Of a stretch of DNA of 64,000 bases, positions 49,554 to 59,428 are shown piece by piece. The stretch lies in the NCBI GenBank assembly GCA_017443595.1, contig JAFSYU010000020.1, forward strand, positions 1 to 64,000. The letters run 5' to 3'. Source of the stretch: Clostridia bacterium. GTDB lineage: Bacteria; Bacillota; Clostridia; Oscillospirales; CAG-272. Made by a program: the position numbers and the translations under genes. Numbering within the stretch: position 1 is the stretch's first letter; the number at the start of each line of letters is the position of its first letter. The notes under the pieces were generated by a model. That model was not told the DNA's origin and did not search any database. It worked only from the letters and a program-made list of their open reading frames with translations.

Positions 49554-50352
49554 CGTAATGCTTTCCCTTACCGGTATTGTCAAAAAATTCAATCCCGGCA
49601 CGATAAACGAAAAAGTAGCGCTGAACGGTCTTGACCTCACGCTTGAAAAGGGTGATTTCGTTACCGTTATAGGCGGCAACGGAGCCGGCAAAAGCACTAT
49701 GCTGAACGCCATTTCCGGCGTCTGGCGCATTGACAGCGGCTCAATAGTCCTTGACGGAGTTGATATAACGAATCTTCCGGAATACAAACGCGCAAAATAT
49801 CTGGGCAGAGTGTTCCAGGATCCGATGATGGGCACCGCCGCGGATATGCAGATAGAAGAAAATCTGGCGCTGGCGTCGCGCCGCGGCAAGCGCAAGACGT
49901 TTGCCCCCGGCATAAAAAAAGCGGAACGCGCGTCATACGCGGAAGCGTTATCCGAGCTCGGACTCGGGCTTGAGACCCGTCTTTCCGAGAAAGTCGGTAT
50001 GCTGTCCGGCGGACAGAGACAGGCGCTTACGCTGCTTATGGCGGCTATGAAACAGCCCAAGCTGCTTTTGCTTGACGAGCATACGGCGGCTCTTGACCCT
50101 AAGACGGCCGCAAAGGTGCTTGAGATAACGGAGCGTATAGTAAACGAAAACAATCTTACCACGCTTATGATAACTCACAACATGAAAGACGCCATAGTGC
50201 ACGGCAACAGACTTATAATGATGCACGAGGGCAAAGTTATAGTAGACGTGTCAGGCGAGGAAAAAACGCGGCTCACGGTTGAAGATCTGCTTGAGATGTT
50301 CACAAAAGCGAGCGGCGGAGAGTTTACAAACGACCGCGCGATACTTTCATAA
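49546..50352 (+). CDS. ABC transporter ATP-binding protein (COG1101-like)
   Basis: 268 aa with Walker A GGNGAGKST and signature LSGGQRQ. Confidence 0.85.
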   Translation: MDNVMLSLTGIVKKFNPGTINEKVALNGLDLTLEKGDFVTVIGGNGAGKSTMLNAISGVWRIDSGSIVLDGVDITNLPEYKRAKYLGRVFQDPMMGTAADMQIEENLALASRRGKRKTFAPGIKKAERASYAEALSELGLGLETRLSEKVGMLSGGQRQALTLLMAAMKQPKLLLLDEHTAALDPKTAAKVLEITERIVNENNLTTLMITHNMKDAIVHGNRLIMMHEGKVIVDVSGEEKTRLTVEDLLEMFTKASGGEFTNDRAILS

Positions 50353-50354
50353 AA

Positions 50355-50400
50355 CAAACGATAAACGGGCAGCCGCAAAGGCCGCCCGTTCTTTTTTATT
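50355..50400. terminator. Bidirectional terminator between the ABC ATPase gene and marR
   Basis: ACGGGC…GCCCGT hairpin flanked by A- and T-runs. Confidence 0.65.
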
Positions 50401-50403
50401 TGT

Positions 50404-50829
50404 TTACTTTAAGGATGCTTTGATGTTTTCAAGATTTTTTATAAAAAAGTCTTTTTCCGTCTCCGTAAGTCCTTTGACGAATCCTTCGTTTATCCTTTCT
50501 ATGGCGGCGTTAAGATCTTCCGTGGTCTTTTTGCCCTTCTCCGTCAGATAAACGTGAGTTTTGCGCAGGTCTTTTTCGTCAACTACGCGGTCTACAAGAC
50601 CGTCCTTTTCCATTTTACGGAGCGTTATGCTTATGGTAGGTGCTTTCATACCGGTCTTTTCGGCAAGGGAGAGCTGAGTTCCTCCGTCCTTGACGTAAAG
50701 CTGAGAAAGAAGCGTTCTGTATGCGTTCTTGATGCCTAAATTCTCCGCTTCAATACGCACGCGCAGTGTGTAAAGACTTGAGATCTCCTTGATGAGCACG
50801 GATGCGTATTCACCTTTTTTTGTTTTCAT
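50404..50829 (-). CDS. MarR-family transcriptional regulator
   Basis: 141 aa with a wHTH (LSLAEKTGMKAPTISITLRKMEKDGLV). Confidence 0.8.
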   Translation of the reverse strand: MKTKKGEYASVLIKEISSLYTLRVRIEAENLGIKNAYRTLLSQLYVKDGGTQLSLAEKTGMKAPTISITLRKMEKDGLVDRVVDEKDLRKTHVYLTEKGKKTTEDLNAAIERINEGFVKGLTETEKDFFIKNLENIKASLK

Positions 50830-50951
50830 TATAATGTTCCTCCTTGTTTTGTCAAAATCATTATAATCTTTATAATTCTGTTTGTCAACAGTTTACGGAA
50901 AATTTCATTTACTTTTCAGATAAGATACAAAAAAACAACAGATTATGTGAT

Positions 50952-51440
50952 TCAGACCGTTTCAAACTGTATGGATACGCTTTTTCCGTCCGTTTTTATA
51001 ACGCAGTAAGACGGTCTGCCCGCTGACGGGCGCGAAATACTGCCGGGATTGCAGACGTATACGGTCTTATCTTCTTTTTTTATTTCATTATAATACTGCC
51101 TGTGCGTATGGCCGAACAGAGCTATATCACAGCCGCTCTGCGCGGCAAAGCTCTCGTATCTCTGCATACCGAACTTTACGCCGTATCCGTCGCCGTGACA
51201 CATAATGATATCAAGTCCGCAAAGCTGTACGCGCAACAGCGGCGGCTCTTTTGAATAGTGATCGCAGTTGCCTTTAACGGTCAGAAGACCTGTCACAGGA
51301 GGAAGAGAAAGATATTTCGTATCCTCCGCGCCGTCGCCCAAATGGATGACGCATTCAATTTCCGGGTATCTGTCAACGACCGTCTGCATATTATAGGACG
51401 ACCCGTGAGAATCCGAAAAAACGATTATCGTTTTATGCAT
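50952..51440 (-). CDS. YfcE/MJ0936-type metallophosphoesterase
   Basis: 162 aa with VFSDSHG and GHTH motifs. Confidence 0.75.
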   Translation of the reverse strand: MHKTIIVFSDSHGSSYNMQTVVDRYPEIECVIHLGDGAEDTKYLSLPPVTGLLTVKGNCDHYSKEPPLLRVQLCGLDIIMCHGDGYGVKFGMQRYESFAAQSGCDIALFGHTHRQYYNEIKKEDKTVYVCNPGSISRPSAGRPSYCVIKTDGKSVSIQFETV

Positions 51441-51507
51441 AGTACGCTCCTTCCGGTATCAAATCGCAAATTGCGGCATAGTATATTATGAAAAGGGGGA
51501 TAGATAT

Positions 51508-51762
51508 ATGGAACTGAATAAAAAAAGTCTGCAAGATCTCACGGCGCTCTCCGATGACGAGCTGCGCGAAAAAATAAATTCAATAGCACAGTCCGCGGGG
51601 ATAGACAGATCCCGCACCGCACCGTATTTAAAAGATATATCCGGGATAAAAAAGAAGCTCAATTCACTGTCGGACGCGCAGATAAAAGCGCTTCTGTCGG
51701 CATTAGGTGAAGATAACGTCAGAAAAATAAAAGAGGGCCTTGACAATGGATCAAAGCGGTGA
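51508..51762 (+). CDS. Small hypothetical protein
   Basis: 84 aa, hydrophilic and helical. It is the first of three co-oriented small ORFs. Confidence 0.35.
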   Translation: MELNKKSLQDLTALSDDELREKINSIAQSAGIDRSRTAPYLKDISGIKKKLNSLSDAQIKALLSALGEDNVRKIKEGLDNGSKR

Positions 51763-52027
51763 TATATTATCCGCGCTTTTGTCCGACCCGGAAAAGCTTT
51801 CCGCGGCGGTCTCCGCCGTATCTTCAATGCTTGGAAACTCCTCTCCGTCAGGCGACGGGGAGGAAGAAGTAAAAAAGCCGGCGCTGCCGGAAAAGCAGTC
51901 CGAGGGAGCGGCGCTCATAAAAGCGCTCAAACCCTTTCTCTCCCGGGAAAGACAGGAAAGAGCGGATAAAGCCATACGTCTGCTTTCGCTTGCCTCGCTC
52001 GCCTCGGAATTCAAAGACTTAAGGTGA
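51740..52027 (+). CDS. Small hypothetical Ser/Ala-rich protein
   Basis: 95 aa. It overlaps the previous ORF by 23 nt. Confidence 0.35.
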   Translation: MTMDQSGDILSALLSDPEKLSAAVSAVSSMLGNSSPSGDGEEEVKKPALPEKQSEGAALIKALKPFLSRERQERADKAIRLLSLASLASEFKDLR

Positions 52028-52031
52028 TCTT

Positions 52032-52274
52032 ATGTACGCACAGCAATACAGACAACCGCCGAAGGATTACTGCGGCACGGCGATGCAGCCGAAAGAACAG
52101 ATAAATACCCGGCAGCCCGAGCAAACGGAAAGATCTTCAGCACCGGTGCGGTTATTATCCTCCGTCGGAACGGATGAGATACTGATAGCCGTTATTATTT
52201 TTATAGTTATATCGTCGGGCGGTTGGGAGAAAAACGCCCTTTTGCTTATGGCGCTCGTTTTTATTCTTCTTTAG
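52032..52274 (+). CDS. Small hypothetical membrane-anchored protein
   Basis: 80 aa with a C-terminal transmembrane helix. Confidence 0.35.
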   Translation: MYAQQYRQPPKDYCGTAMQPKEQINTRQPEQTERSSAPVRLLSSVGTDEILIAVIIFIVISSGGWEKNALLLMALVFILL

Positions 52275-52836
52275 TATCTTTTTCGGGCTCTTCTTTTGTT
52301 TTCTTCTTCCTGAAAATAACGAACTTGCTGAAGAAATAATTTATAATTACCGTACCTATCGACGCTATGAGCTTAATAAGATTTTCGTTGAAATGCAAGA
52401 CGGTCACAAACAGAGCGAGTATCGCCTCTTCTATCAAAAGCGAGGCTACGCGCGCGCCGACGAACGAGACAATCTCACGGAAAACCGTCTTTCCGCTTTT
52501 GTCTTTGCTTTGAAACACGAAAAACTTATTCGTTACGTATGCAAACGCCACCGCGGCGACCCACGCTATGACGTTTACGACGAGCGTCCACCAGCTGACG
52601 TTGTCCTGCATACCGGGGATATTTACGAGCGGATAAAAAACGAGATAATTTACAAGCGTGGTAAGTCCGCCGAAAACTACGTAAAGCACGACTTCCTTAT
52701 GCTTTTTTATCCAAGCGTTCGCTTTTTTGAAGAAAATCAGATATAAAACGCCCAAAACGAACAGGACGCAGCCGGCTATTATCAGCCACGTGCTTATTTT
52801 AACTCCGAATATCGTATCGTTTAAAAATGCAGTCAT
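52261..52836 (-). CDS. GtrA-family membrane protein
   Basis: 191 aa with four transmembrane helices and GtrA-like sequence. Confidence 0.6.
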   Translation of the reverse strand: MTAFLNDTIFGVKISTWLIIAGCVLFVLGVLYLIFFKKANAWIKKHKEVVLYVVFGGLTTLVNYLVFYPLVNIPGMQDNVSWWTLVVNVIAWVAAVAFAYVTNKFFVFQSKDKSGKTVFREIVSFVGARVASLLIEEAILALFVTVLHFNENLIKLIASIGTVIINYFFSKFVIFRKKKTKEEPEKDTKEE

Positions 52837-53429
52837 TATTTTTCTCCGTCAAAATCTTTGATCAAATCTATCGTTTTTTGTTTGCCGTAAAGTCTGTTTA
52901 ACGCCTCGCACAGCGCTTTTGCCGAGATATTGTCCGGCAAGGACAGAGCGCGGCAGAGCTTTTTTCTTTTTCCGGATGAGTCTTCACAGCCGAAAAGACC
53001 GTAATTATACAGATCCGTCCTTGTTATAACGTCCGTTTCAGGCTCTTTTGTCGAGGTAAACGGCAAAAACAGATCGCACAGCGTTTTCGCGTCCGTTCCC
53101 TCAACGCCCAGATATCCTTCTTTTGACTGCGTGGTCTTGCGCTTTTCCCTGCCCTTTATCTGCGGGATATATACGTTATAAATTTTGTCGTTCGGCAGGA
53201 TGCCTTTTAAGTGACCGCGTATAAGATTTCCCGCGCTGTCGCTGTCCGTGGCTATTATAACGCCGTCCTTGCACAGCGCTTTTATATAGTCCTTTTTTTG
53301 TTTGTCTTTAAAAATACCGAAGCCGTCCGTAGTTATTACCGTCGCGTCGATAATGGAAGAGAGTTTTATCTTATCGTACTTGCCCTCAACGATAACGGGC
53401 AGATCTATCTTTATTTTCATATACTGCAA
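52836..53429 (-). CDS. rnmV: Ribonuclease M5 (Toprim domain)
   Basis: 197 aa with Toprim motifs VIVEGKYD and ATDSDSAG. Confidence 0.75.
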   Translation of the reverse strand: MQYMKIKIDLPVIVEGKYDKIKLSSIIDATVITTDGFGIFKDKQKKDYIKALCKDGVIIATDSDSAGNLIRGHLKGILPNDKIYNVYIPQIKGREKRKTTQSKEGYLGVEGTDAKTLCDLFLPFTSTKEPETDVITRTDLYNYGLFGCEDSSGKRKKLCRALSLPDNISAKALCEALNRLYGKQKTIDLIKDFDGEK

Positions 53430-54436
53430 ACAAGCTGCATTAAGACGCCCCAGTTATCGGACGACGTGTTTTTGACCGCTTTGTCCGCTTCGTAACAGGC
53501 GTGCAAAAATCTGAAACAGCGTTTTTCCGGTATCTCCGCGACGGACGGATACGCGAGTTTAACTATATATTCGTTAATGCCGAGCTGAGTCGCCGCCTGC
53601 TGATACGTAAGTCCGCTTTTCTGCGCTAACTTTATGCGGCAGAGCTTTTCAGCCTCCGCTATTATGGAAGATAATATAAATTGCGGCTTTTCCGCGCGGC
53701 TTTTAGCGTCTTTAATATACATGGCGAGCGCGGACGGGTCGCGTTTTCTTATATTATCCGATATGAAAAACGCGGAAAAACTGATCTTCTGCGGTATAAG
53801 TTCTTCAATATCCGCGCGGTTTATTTCCGCTCTGCCCTTCTCCGCAGCGTACGCGCAGAGCTTTGATATTGCGGATGAAAGCTCCGTCATACCCGTGCCG
53901 CAGCGGGCTGTGAGATATGAAACGTCGCTATCCGATACGGCTATATTCTCGGATTCAAAATGGCGTATCACCCATTTCTGTACACGCGCCGGCGACAGCT
54001 TATCAAAAAACAGCGTTGTGCCTTTTATTTTTAATAAAGCCGCTTTATCGTCCTTGCCCGTGCCGGTGAACTCATCCTCCGTTGCGTATATGACAAGGAT
54101 GATATACGGAAACTTTCCCGCTTTTTCTATTATCTCGTCGGCTTTCTTTTTATATCTCTGCTGAACATAAGGATAGCCGGAATTATACCATACGATCATG
54201 CGGCGCTCGGAAAACTGCGGCAGCATATCCGCAAGTTCAAGCACCCTCTCCGCCTGGTCGGGTCCGGATACCGTTGTGAAATTCAGATCGGCAACGTCCT
54301 CCGGTATGACCGCGCCTTTAAGGTCGAGCAAAAAACGGCGCTTCAAATACTCCTCGCCTCCGTACAGAAAGTACAGTCCGGCGGGGGGGGATGCAATTAT
54401 TTCTTTTGTCAGCTTTACTATGTCCTGTTTTTCCAT
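53417..54436 (-). CDS. holA: DNA polymerase III delta subunit
   Basis: 339 aa. YFLYGGEEYL at the N-terminus and overall HolA similarity. Confidence 0.75.
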   Translation of the reverse strand: MEKQDIVKLTKEIIASPPAGLYFLYGGEEYLKRRFLLDLKGAVIPEDVADLNFTTVSGPDQAERVLELADMLPQFSERRMIVWYNSGYPYVQQRYKKKADEIIEKAGKFPYIILVIYATEDEFTGTGKDDKAALLKIKGTTLFFDKLSPARVQKWVIRHFESENIAVSDSDVSYLTARCGTGMTELSSAISKLCAYAAEKGRAEINRADIEELIPQKISFSAFFISDNIRKRDPSALAMYIKDAKSRAEKPQFILSSIIAEAEKLCRIKLAQKSGLTYQQAATQLGINEYIVKLAYPSVAEIPEKRCFRFLHACYEADKAVKNTSSDNWGVLMQLVCSI

Positions 54437-54458
54437 TTTCCGCCCTTAATATTTAAAT

Positions 54459-55556
54459 TTATACGTTCAGGCTCAGATCCCCCGGCTTTATCCATTTGAT
54501 TTTTCTCATTATCTCGGATATTCCGAGCGAAATACCCGCGGGAAGTATGAAATACATAACGAGTATTTTTATAATAACGAGCCACGGCGCCTCGGCTGCG
54601 GCTCCGAACCCGGACATGGTCTCTTCGTTTATCATAGTCATAAAGCTCTGTATCGGTCCTACGAGACCGGACGTGCCCATGCCTGAGCCTACAGGGTTGC
54701 CGTACATTTTTAAAAGCAGCGTCGAAACGGGGCCGAGTATGGCCGAAGATAAAATCGCCGGTATCCATACGCGCGGATTTCTTACTATATTCGGCATCTG
54801 AAGCATACTTGTGCCTATGCCCTGAGATACAAGACCGCCGACCTTGTTTTCACGGAAGCTGATGACCGCAAAACCTATCATATTCGCACAGCAGCCGACC
54901 GTAGCCGCGCCCGCGGCAAGCCCGGACAAGCCGAGTGAAACGCCTATCGCAGCGGAGCTTATCGGCAGCGTTAAGAACATACCCATGAGCACGGATATAA
55001 CTATACCCATTACGAACGGATGCTGAGGCACCGCCCAGTTGATGATACCGCCGAGCCATGACATGAAAGCAGAAACGGGCGGTCCGACGAGCAGACCGAC
55101 AGCTGAACCGGTGACGACGGTCACGAGCGGCGTTACAAGTATATCCACCTTTGTTTTGCCGGAAACGAGCCTGCCAATCTCGATACCTACGTACGCGGCG
55201 ATAAACGCGCCGAGCGGTTCACCGGGCGAGCGGAGATTTATAAGTCCGCTTTCCGCTATTATAGTGCCGCCTATTATCTGCGAAGCGTAAGCGCCCACCA
55301 TACCGCAGACAGCCGCGGATATGGTAACGAGCGGCGACTGCTTGAATTTTATAGCCACGCCCGCGCCTATACCTGCGCCCATTACGAACTGCGCGGTCTT
55401 GCCGACGGAAACTATAAGATTTCCTATAAATCCGGGGATATACGAGCCTATCTGCGCTATTATAGTACCTATGATAAGCGTTGCGAAAAGCCCCGTGGCC
55501 ATTCCGGACAAGCCGTCTATAAACAGTCTTTTTAAATATTCTTTTACTTTTTTCAT
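54459..55556 (-). CDS. PTS EIIC-like / PfoR-family integral membrane protein
   Basis: 365 aa, polytopic and Gly-rich. It resembles COG3641. Confidence 0.55.
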   Translation of the reverse strand: MKKVKEYLKRLFIDGLSGMATGLFATLIIGTIIAQIGSYIPGFIGNLIVSVGKTAQFVMGAGIGAGVAIKFKQSPLVTISAAVCGMVGAYASQIIGGTIIAESGLINLRSPGEPLGAFIAAYVGIEIGRLVSGKTKVDILVTPLVTVVTGSAVGLLVGPPVSAFMSWLGGIINWAVPQHPFVMGIVISVLMGMFLTLPISSAAIGVSLGLSGLAAGAATVGCCANMIGFAVISFRENKVGGLVSQGIGTSMLQMPNIVRNPRVWIPAILSSAILGPVSTLLLKMYGNPVGSGMGTSGLVGPIQSFMTMINEETMSGFGAAAEAPWLVIIKILVMYFILPAGISLGISEIMRKIKWIKPGDLSLNV

Positions 55557-55635
55557 TATTATTACCTCTTATAAAATCATAATGATTATACTATTTTTTT
55601 CATAAAAAGTCAAGGTAAAATAAAATAAAAAAGTG

Positions 55636-55664
55636 TTGACAATATAGCTCGTTTTTGGTATAAT
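55636..55664 (+). promoter_or_regulatory. Consensus sigma-A promoter for the dockerin protein gene
   Basis: TTGACA, a 17-bp spacer, and an extended -10 TGgTATAAT. Confidence 0.6.
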
Positions 55665-55704
55665 ATATCCGATTACGGTATAAACCCCAAGAAAGGACAC
55701 AAAA

Positions 55705-58700
55705 ATGAAAAAACTGATTTCCGTTTTGCTTCTTATGTGCATGTTGGCATCCTGCGCCGCTTCTGTAACGGTCGCGACAGGTGACACCGAAACGAAGCCG
55801 GTAACGCTTTCGTTTGACTCAAATTCGTTATCTTATTTCGGTTCAGCCAACGATACGAACGTAAGCATAGTAGACGACGAGACCGATTCCGGTCACTCCG
55901 TTAAATTTGAGCTTAAATCCGCTTCTAACGATCCTTACGTATTCTTTAACGTAAGCAGTTACGTCAGCAAGCTCGGACTTACGTCTTCTTTCCCTGCAGC
56001 AAATGAAATAAAATATATTATTTTGAAAATTAAACAGGAAGCCTGTTCAAACAACATATTCAGGATATATTTCTCCACGTCGGTTTCCGCGGGTCCCAAC
56101 GAGCAATTCACCGCGACATCATCGTTTGACGTAGGGCTTGAGGTCTGGCAGTACGTCGTTTTTGACATGAGCAAGTCGACCGGTTGGACCGGTAAGATAA
56201 GCAACCTGCGTCTCGACTGGATAACAAGCGGCAACAGCGACGGAGAATCTCTGTGCATAAACGAGATCATATTTGCAAAAAACGACGATGAAGCCGCGCC
56301 GTATATAAAAGCGGCGGAAGGCACCGGTGAAGATACGCATCCTATGACAAGCGCACAGCAGCAGATCGCAGATTATATCCTTGCAAACGTTAAAGATCTT
56401 GCACCGGAAATATCCAACGATAAAATAACGGCGGCATACGAAGATTCAAGTATTGCGTTGTGGTTCGACCATTCCTATAAAAACACGCCCGCTGAGGACG
56501 TAACTTCCACCGGGCTGAATTCGTATCAGATAAAACTCGCCAAGAACGAGATAGAAGGCTGTCATCTGATGCTCGCTTCCACCGCGGATAAAACCGGTCT
56601 CACGCTTGAGATATCCGACTTTGTAAACGGAAACGGCGACGTGCTGACTAAAGAAGTCTGCTACGGATACTATTTCGACGACGTGGACGGTTATACGGTA
56701 GCCGACCCGATACCGCTGCTCGAACACGAATTCGATCTTACCGCCAACAGAAGCAAAATGTTCATCATAAAAGTTAAATCCACCGCCAAAACTCCGTCCG
56801 GTCAATATGCCGCGACGGCGGTCCTTAAAGACGCGGACGGCAGGGAAATAAAGAAAGCTAACGTTTACGCATACGTCTGGAATTTTGCTCTGCCGGAAAC
56901 TTCAAGCTGCAAAACGCTTACCGATCTCGGTTGGTGGTGTATTTACGAAGGTCACAAATTATTCGCCGGCGACGATTCGCTTATATATTCGAAATATTAC
57001 GAATATCTGCTTGAAAATAAAATGTGCGCGTATACGCTGCCGTACAGCAACGATGGAAAATACGATGACGACAGAGTGGAAAAATATCTCAATGATCCGC
57101 GAATGACCGCGTACACACTTACGTGGAAAACTGAATTCAGCGAGTCGATGATAACAAAAGCGTATAACAGAGTATCAAAAAATCAGACTTGGCTCGATAA
57201 AGCTTATTTCTACCCGGTTGACGAGCCTATGACAAAAGACAAGCTCGATGAAGTCATATCCGACGCAACACGTATTAAGAGCATTTTCGGGGACAGCTAC
57301 AAACTTATAACCCCTATGCACTGGAACAGCCTGTATGACAAAGAATATAAGGTTGACGCGTTTGAATACGTAAAAGGTTACGTAAACGTATGGTGCCCGC
57401 ACACGTTCTTCTTCAACACTTACGCGGACAAGCAGGCCAATCCCGCGCTCACGTACCGCAATTATAAGAAGCTGGAAGACAATATCGGCACGTTCCCGGC
57501 AAGAATGGCAGAAGAACAGGCAAACGGAAACGAGGTATGGTGGTACGTAACGAGATTCCCGCAGGATCCCGAGATCGCGCTGTCCATGAACGATAAATCC
57601 GTAAGGCACAGGATCCTGTTCTGGCAGCAGAAGCTTTATAACGTTGACGGTTTCCTTTACTACGCGGCAAACGACTGGTATCATATAGAAGGCACAGAAG
57701 AACACAGATATATGTGGGACAAAAAACACGAGGTAGATACCGGCACGATAAATCCGTTTAACTTCTACGGCAACGGCGTTCTCGTGTACAGCGGCGCGGG
57801 ACTTCAGGAATACCTTGACAGATACAGCGAAGGCGACTATGGAGCCGTCGGATATTACGGACCGGTAGGTTCGCTCAGGCTTGAATCCGTACGCGACGGT
57901 ATTGAAGACTACGATTACTTTACACTTCTCGATCAGAAATACGGCGAGGGAACGTCCGACGTTATAATCAAAATGATAACGACTTCTCTCGGAAATTATA
58001 ATTTGGACGAAGAACTCTTCGCAAGGCTGCGCACGATACTCGGTAACCTTATAGCAAGCGACAGCATCACGCTTCCCAAGCCCGAATGCACCGTTAAGTT
58101 CGCAGATTACGACGGAACGGTTTTAAGTGAAAAAACTTATAATTACGGTGATAAGCTCACGGCGCCGACCGGACTTACGCGTGAAGCGGACGCTGTCGGC
58201 TCATACGTTTTCAGAACGTGGGATATAGGATATCCGGACGTCTGCACGGAAGACGCGACCTATACCGCCGTATACAACGTCACTTACAATAACTATACCG
58301 TGAAATTCCTTAACTATGACGGCAAGTTATTGAGCACAAAGACGTATCACTACGGTGATAAGATCTCAACGCCGAGAACCCCCACACGCAAAGCTGACGA
58401 ATACGGCAAATACACGTTCAAAGCATGGAATAAAGAGGTCTCTACGTGTACCGGCGACGAAGAATTTACAGCGGTATACGATATTGCCTATACGGATTAC
58501 ACCGTTAAATTCCTTGACTATGACGGCACGGTACTGAGCGAGCAGAAATATCATTACGACGATAAGATAAATGCTCCGGAAGATCCGACCCGTAAAGCGG
58601 ACAACGTATACACGTACACGTTCAAAGGCTGGGATAAAGAAGTTGCAAACTGCAAAGGCAACGAAGAATTTACCGCCGTTTATGATCCCGCTTATATCGA

Positions 58701-59295
58701 TTACACGGTAAAATTCCTTGACTATGACGGAAAAGTTCTGAGCGAGCAAAAATATCATTACGGTGATAAAATAAATACGCCTGAAAAAGATCCTACCCGC
58801 AATGCGGACGAATACGGCACGTATACGTTCAAAGGATGGGATAAAAAGGTCGAAAGCTGCACCGGCAGCGAAGACTTTACGGCGGTATATGATATCAAAT
58901 ATACTGATTACACTGTAAAATTCCTTGATTATGACGGCAAAGTTCTAAGTGAGAAAACTTATCACTACGATGATAAGATAACAGCTCCCGAAGATCCCGC
59001 ACGTGAAGCAGACGAAGAATTTACGTATGAGTTCACCGGCTGGGATAAAGAAGTTACCGTCTGCAAGGGCAGCGAGGAATTCACGGCCGTTTACGGCAGT
59101 ACGCCCGCCAAGACAGTCATACCGGGAGATATGAACGGTGACGGAGAAGCAGACAATAAGGACGTTGTTTCACTGTTCAGATACGTTTCCGGCACGGAAA
59201 AACTCGAAGATGAATCTATCTACGATTTCAACGGCGATAAAGAAGTAAACAACAAAGACGTTGTTGAACTGTTCAGATATCTCAGTGCAAAATAA
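55705..59295 (+). CDS. Large secreted lipoprotein with a central glycoside-hydrolase-like (DUF4091-like) domain, five Listeria/Bacteroides-type repeats and a C-terminal type-I dockerin
   Basis: 1196 aa. A signal peptide with lipobox (MLASCAA) is present. The C-terminal dockerin duplicated segment is DMNGDGEADNKDVVSLFRYVSG…DFNGDKEVNNKDVVELFRYLS. Confidence 0.75.
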   Translation: MKKLISVLLLMCMLASCAASVTVATGDTETKPVTLSFDSNSLSYFGSANDTNVSIVDDETDSGHSVKFELKSASNDPYVFFNVSSYVSKLGLTSSFPAANEIKYIILKIKQEACSNNIFRIYFSTSVSAGPNEQFTATSSFDVGLEVWQYVVFDMSKSTGWTGKISNLRLDWITSGNSDGESLCINEIIFAKNDDEAAPYIKAAEGTGEDTHPMTSAQQQIADYILANVKDLAPEISNDKITAAYEDSSIALWFDHSYKNTPAEDVTSTGLNSYQIKLAKNEIEGCHLMLASTADKTGLTLEISDFVNGNGDVLTKEVCYGYYFDDVDGYTVADPIPLLEHEFDLTANRSKMFIIKVKSTAKTPSGQYAATAVLKDADGREIKKANVYAYVWNFALPETSSCKTLTDLGWWCIYEGHKLFAGDDSLIYSKYYEYLLENKMCAYTLPYSNDGKYDDDRVEKYLNDPRMTAYTLTWKTEFSESMITKAYNRVSKNQTWLDKAYFYPVDEPMTKDKLDEVISDATRIKSIFGDSYKLITPMHWNSLYDKEYKVDAFEYVKGYVNVWCPHTFFFNTYADKQANPALTYRNYKKLEDNIGTFPARMAEEQANGNEVWWYVTRFPQDPEIALSMNDKSVRHRILFWQQKLYNVDGFLYYAANDWYHIEGTEEHRYMWDKKHEVDTGTINPFNFYGNGVLVYSGAGLQEYLDRYSEGDYGAVGYYGPVGSLRLESVRDGIEDYDYFTLLDQKYGEGTSDVIIKMITTSLGNYNLDEELFARLRTILGNLIASDSITLPKPECTVKFADYDGTVLSEKTYNYGDKLTAPTGLTREADAVGSYVFRTWDIGYPDVCTEDATYTAVYNVTYNNYTVKFLNYDGKLLSTKTYHYGDKISTPRTPTRKADEYGKYTFKAWNKEVSTCTGDEEFTAVYDIAYTDYTVKFLDYDGTVLSEQKYHYDDKINAPEDPTRKADNVYTYTFKGWDKEVANCKGNEEFTAVYDPAYIDYTVKFLDYDGKVLSEQKYHYGDKINTPEKDPTRNADEYGTYTFKGWDKKVESCTGSEDFTAVYDIKYTDYTVKFLDYDGKVLSEKTYHYDDKITAPEDPAREADEEFTYEFTGWDKEVTVCKGSEEFTAVYGSTPAKTVIPGDMNGDGEADNKDVVSLFRYVSGTEKLEDESIYDFNGDKEVNNKDVVELFRYLSAK
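58080..59100 (+). repeat. Five tandem coding repeats of about 189 bp (~63 aa each) inside the dockerin protein gene
   Basis: The unit YTVKFLDYDGKVLSEQKYHYGDKINTPEDPTRKADEYGTYTFKGWDKEV..C.G.EEFTAVYD recurs five times, with near-identical DNA segments. Confidence 0.8.
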
Positions 59296-59316
59296 AATAT
59301 AATGCATGCAAAGGCA

Positions 59317-59350
59317 AACCCGTCATCTCCCGATGGCGGGTTTGTTTTTG
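59317..59350 (+). terminator. Terminator of the dockerin protein gene
   Basis: AAACCCGTCATC…GATGGCGGGTTT hairpin followed by GTTTTTG. Confidence 0.65.
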
Positions 59351-59371
59351 TGCCGAGCGGCAGTTCTTTTT

Positions 59372-59405
59372 TTACTATTGACTTTATACTTTTTTTATGG
59401 TACAA
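59372..59405 (+). promoter_or_regulatory. Sigma-A promoter for the MATE transporter gene
   Basis: TTGACT, a 17-bp spacer, and an extended -10 TGgTACAAT. Confidence 0.5.
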
Positions 59406-59428
59406 TGCTTCATATTATGGGGTATTAT

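Noticed and set aside
58080-59100. A regularly spaced repeat array, a possible CRISPR
   Set aside because: The repeats are 189 bp long, contiguous, in-frame protein-coding repeats within one long ORF. There are no short direct repeats with unique spacers. No CRISPR array or cas gene is present anywhere in the window.
40651-59428. Upstream in-frame extensions of ORFs at 40651, 59306 and 18643
   Set aside because: In each case an internal ATG with a canonical ribosome-binding site exists, at 40702, 59429 and 18595 respectively. The extension runs through a promoter, terminator or leader hairpin.
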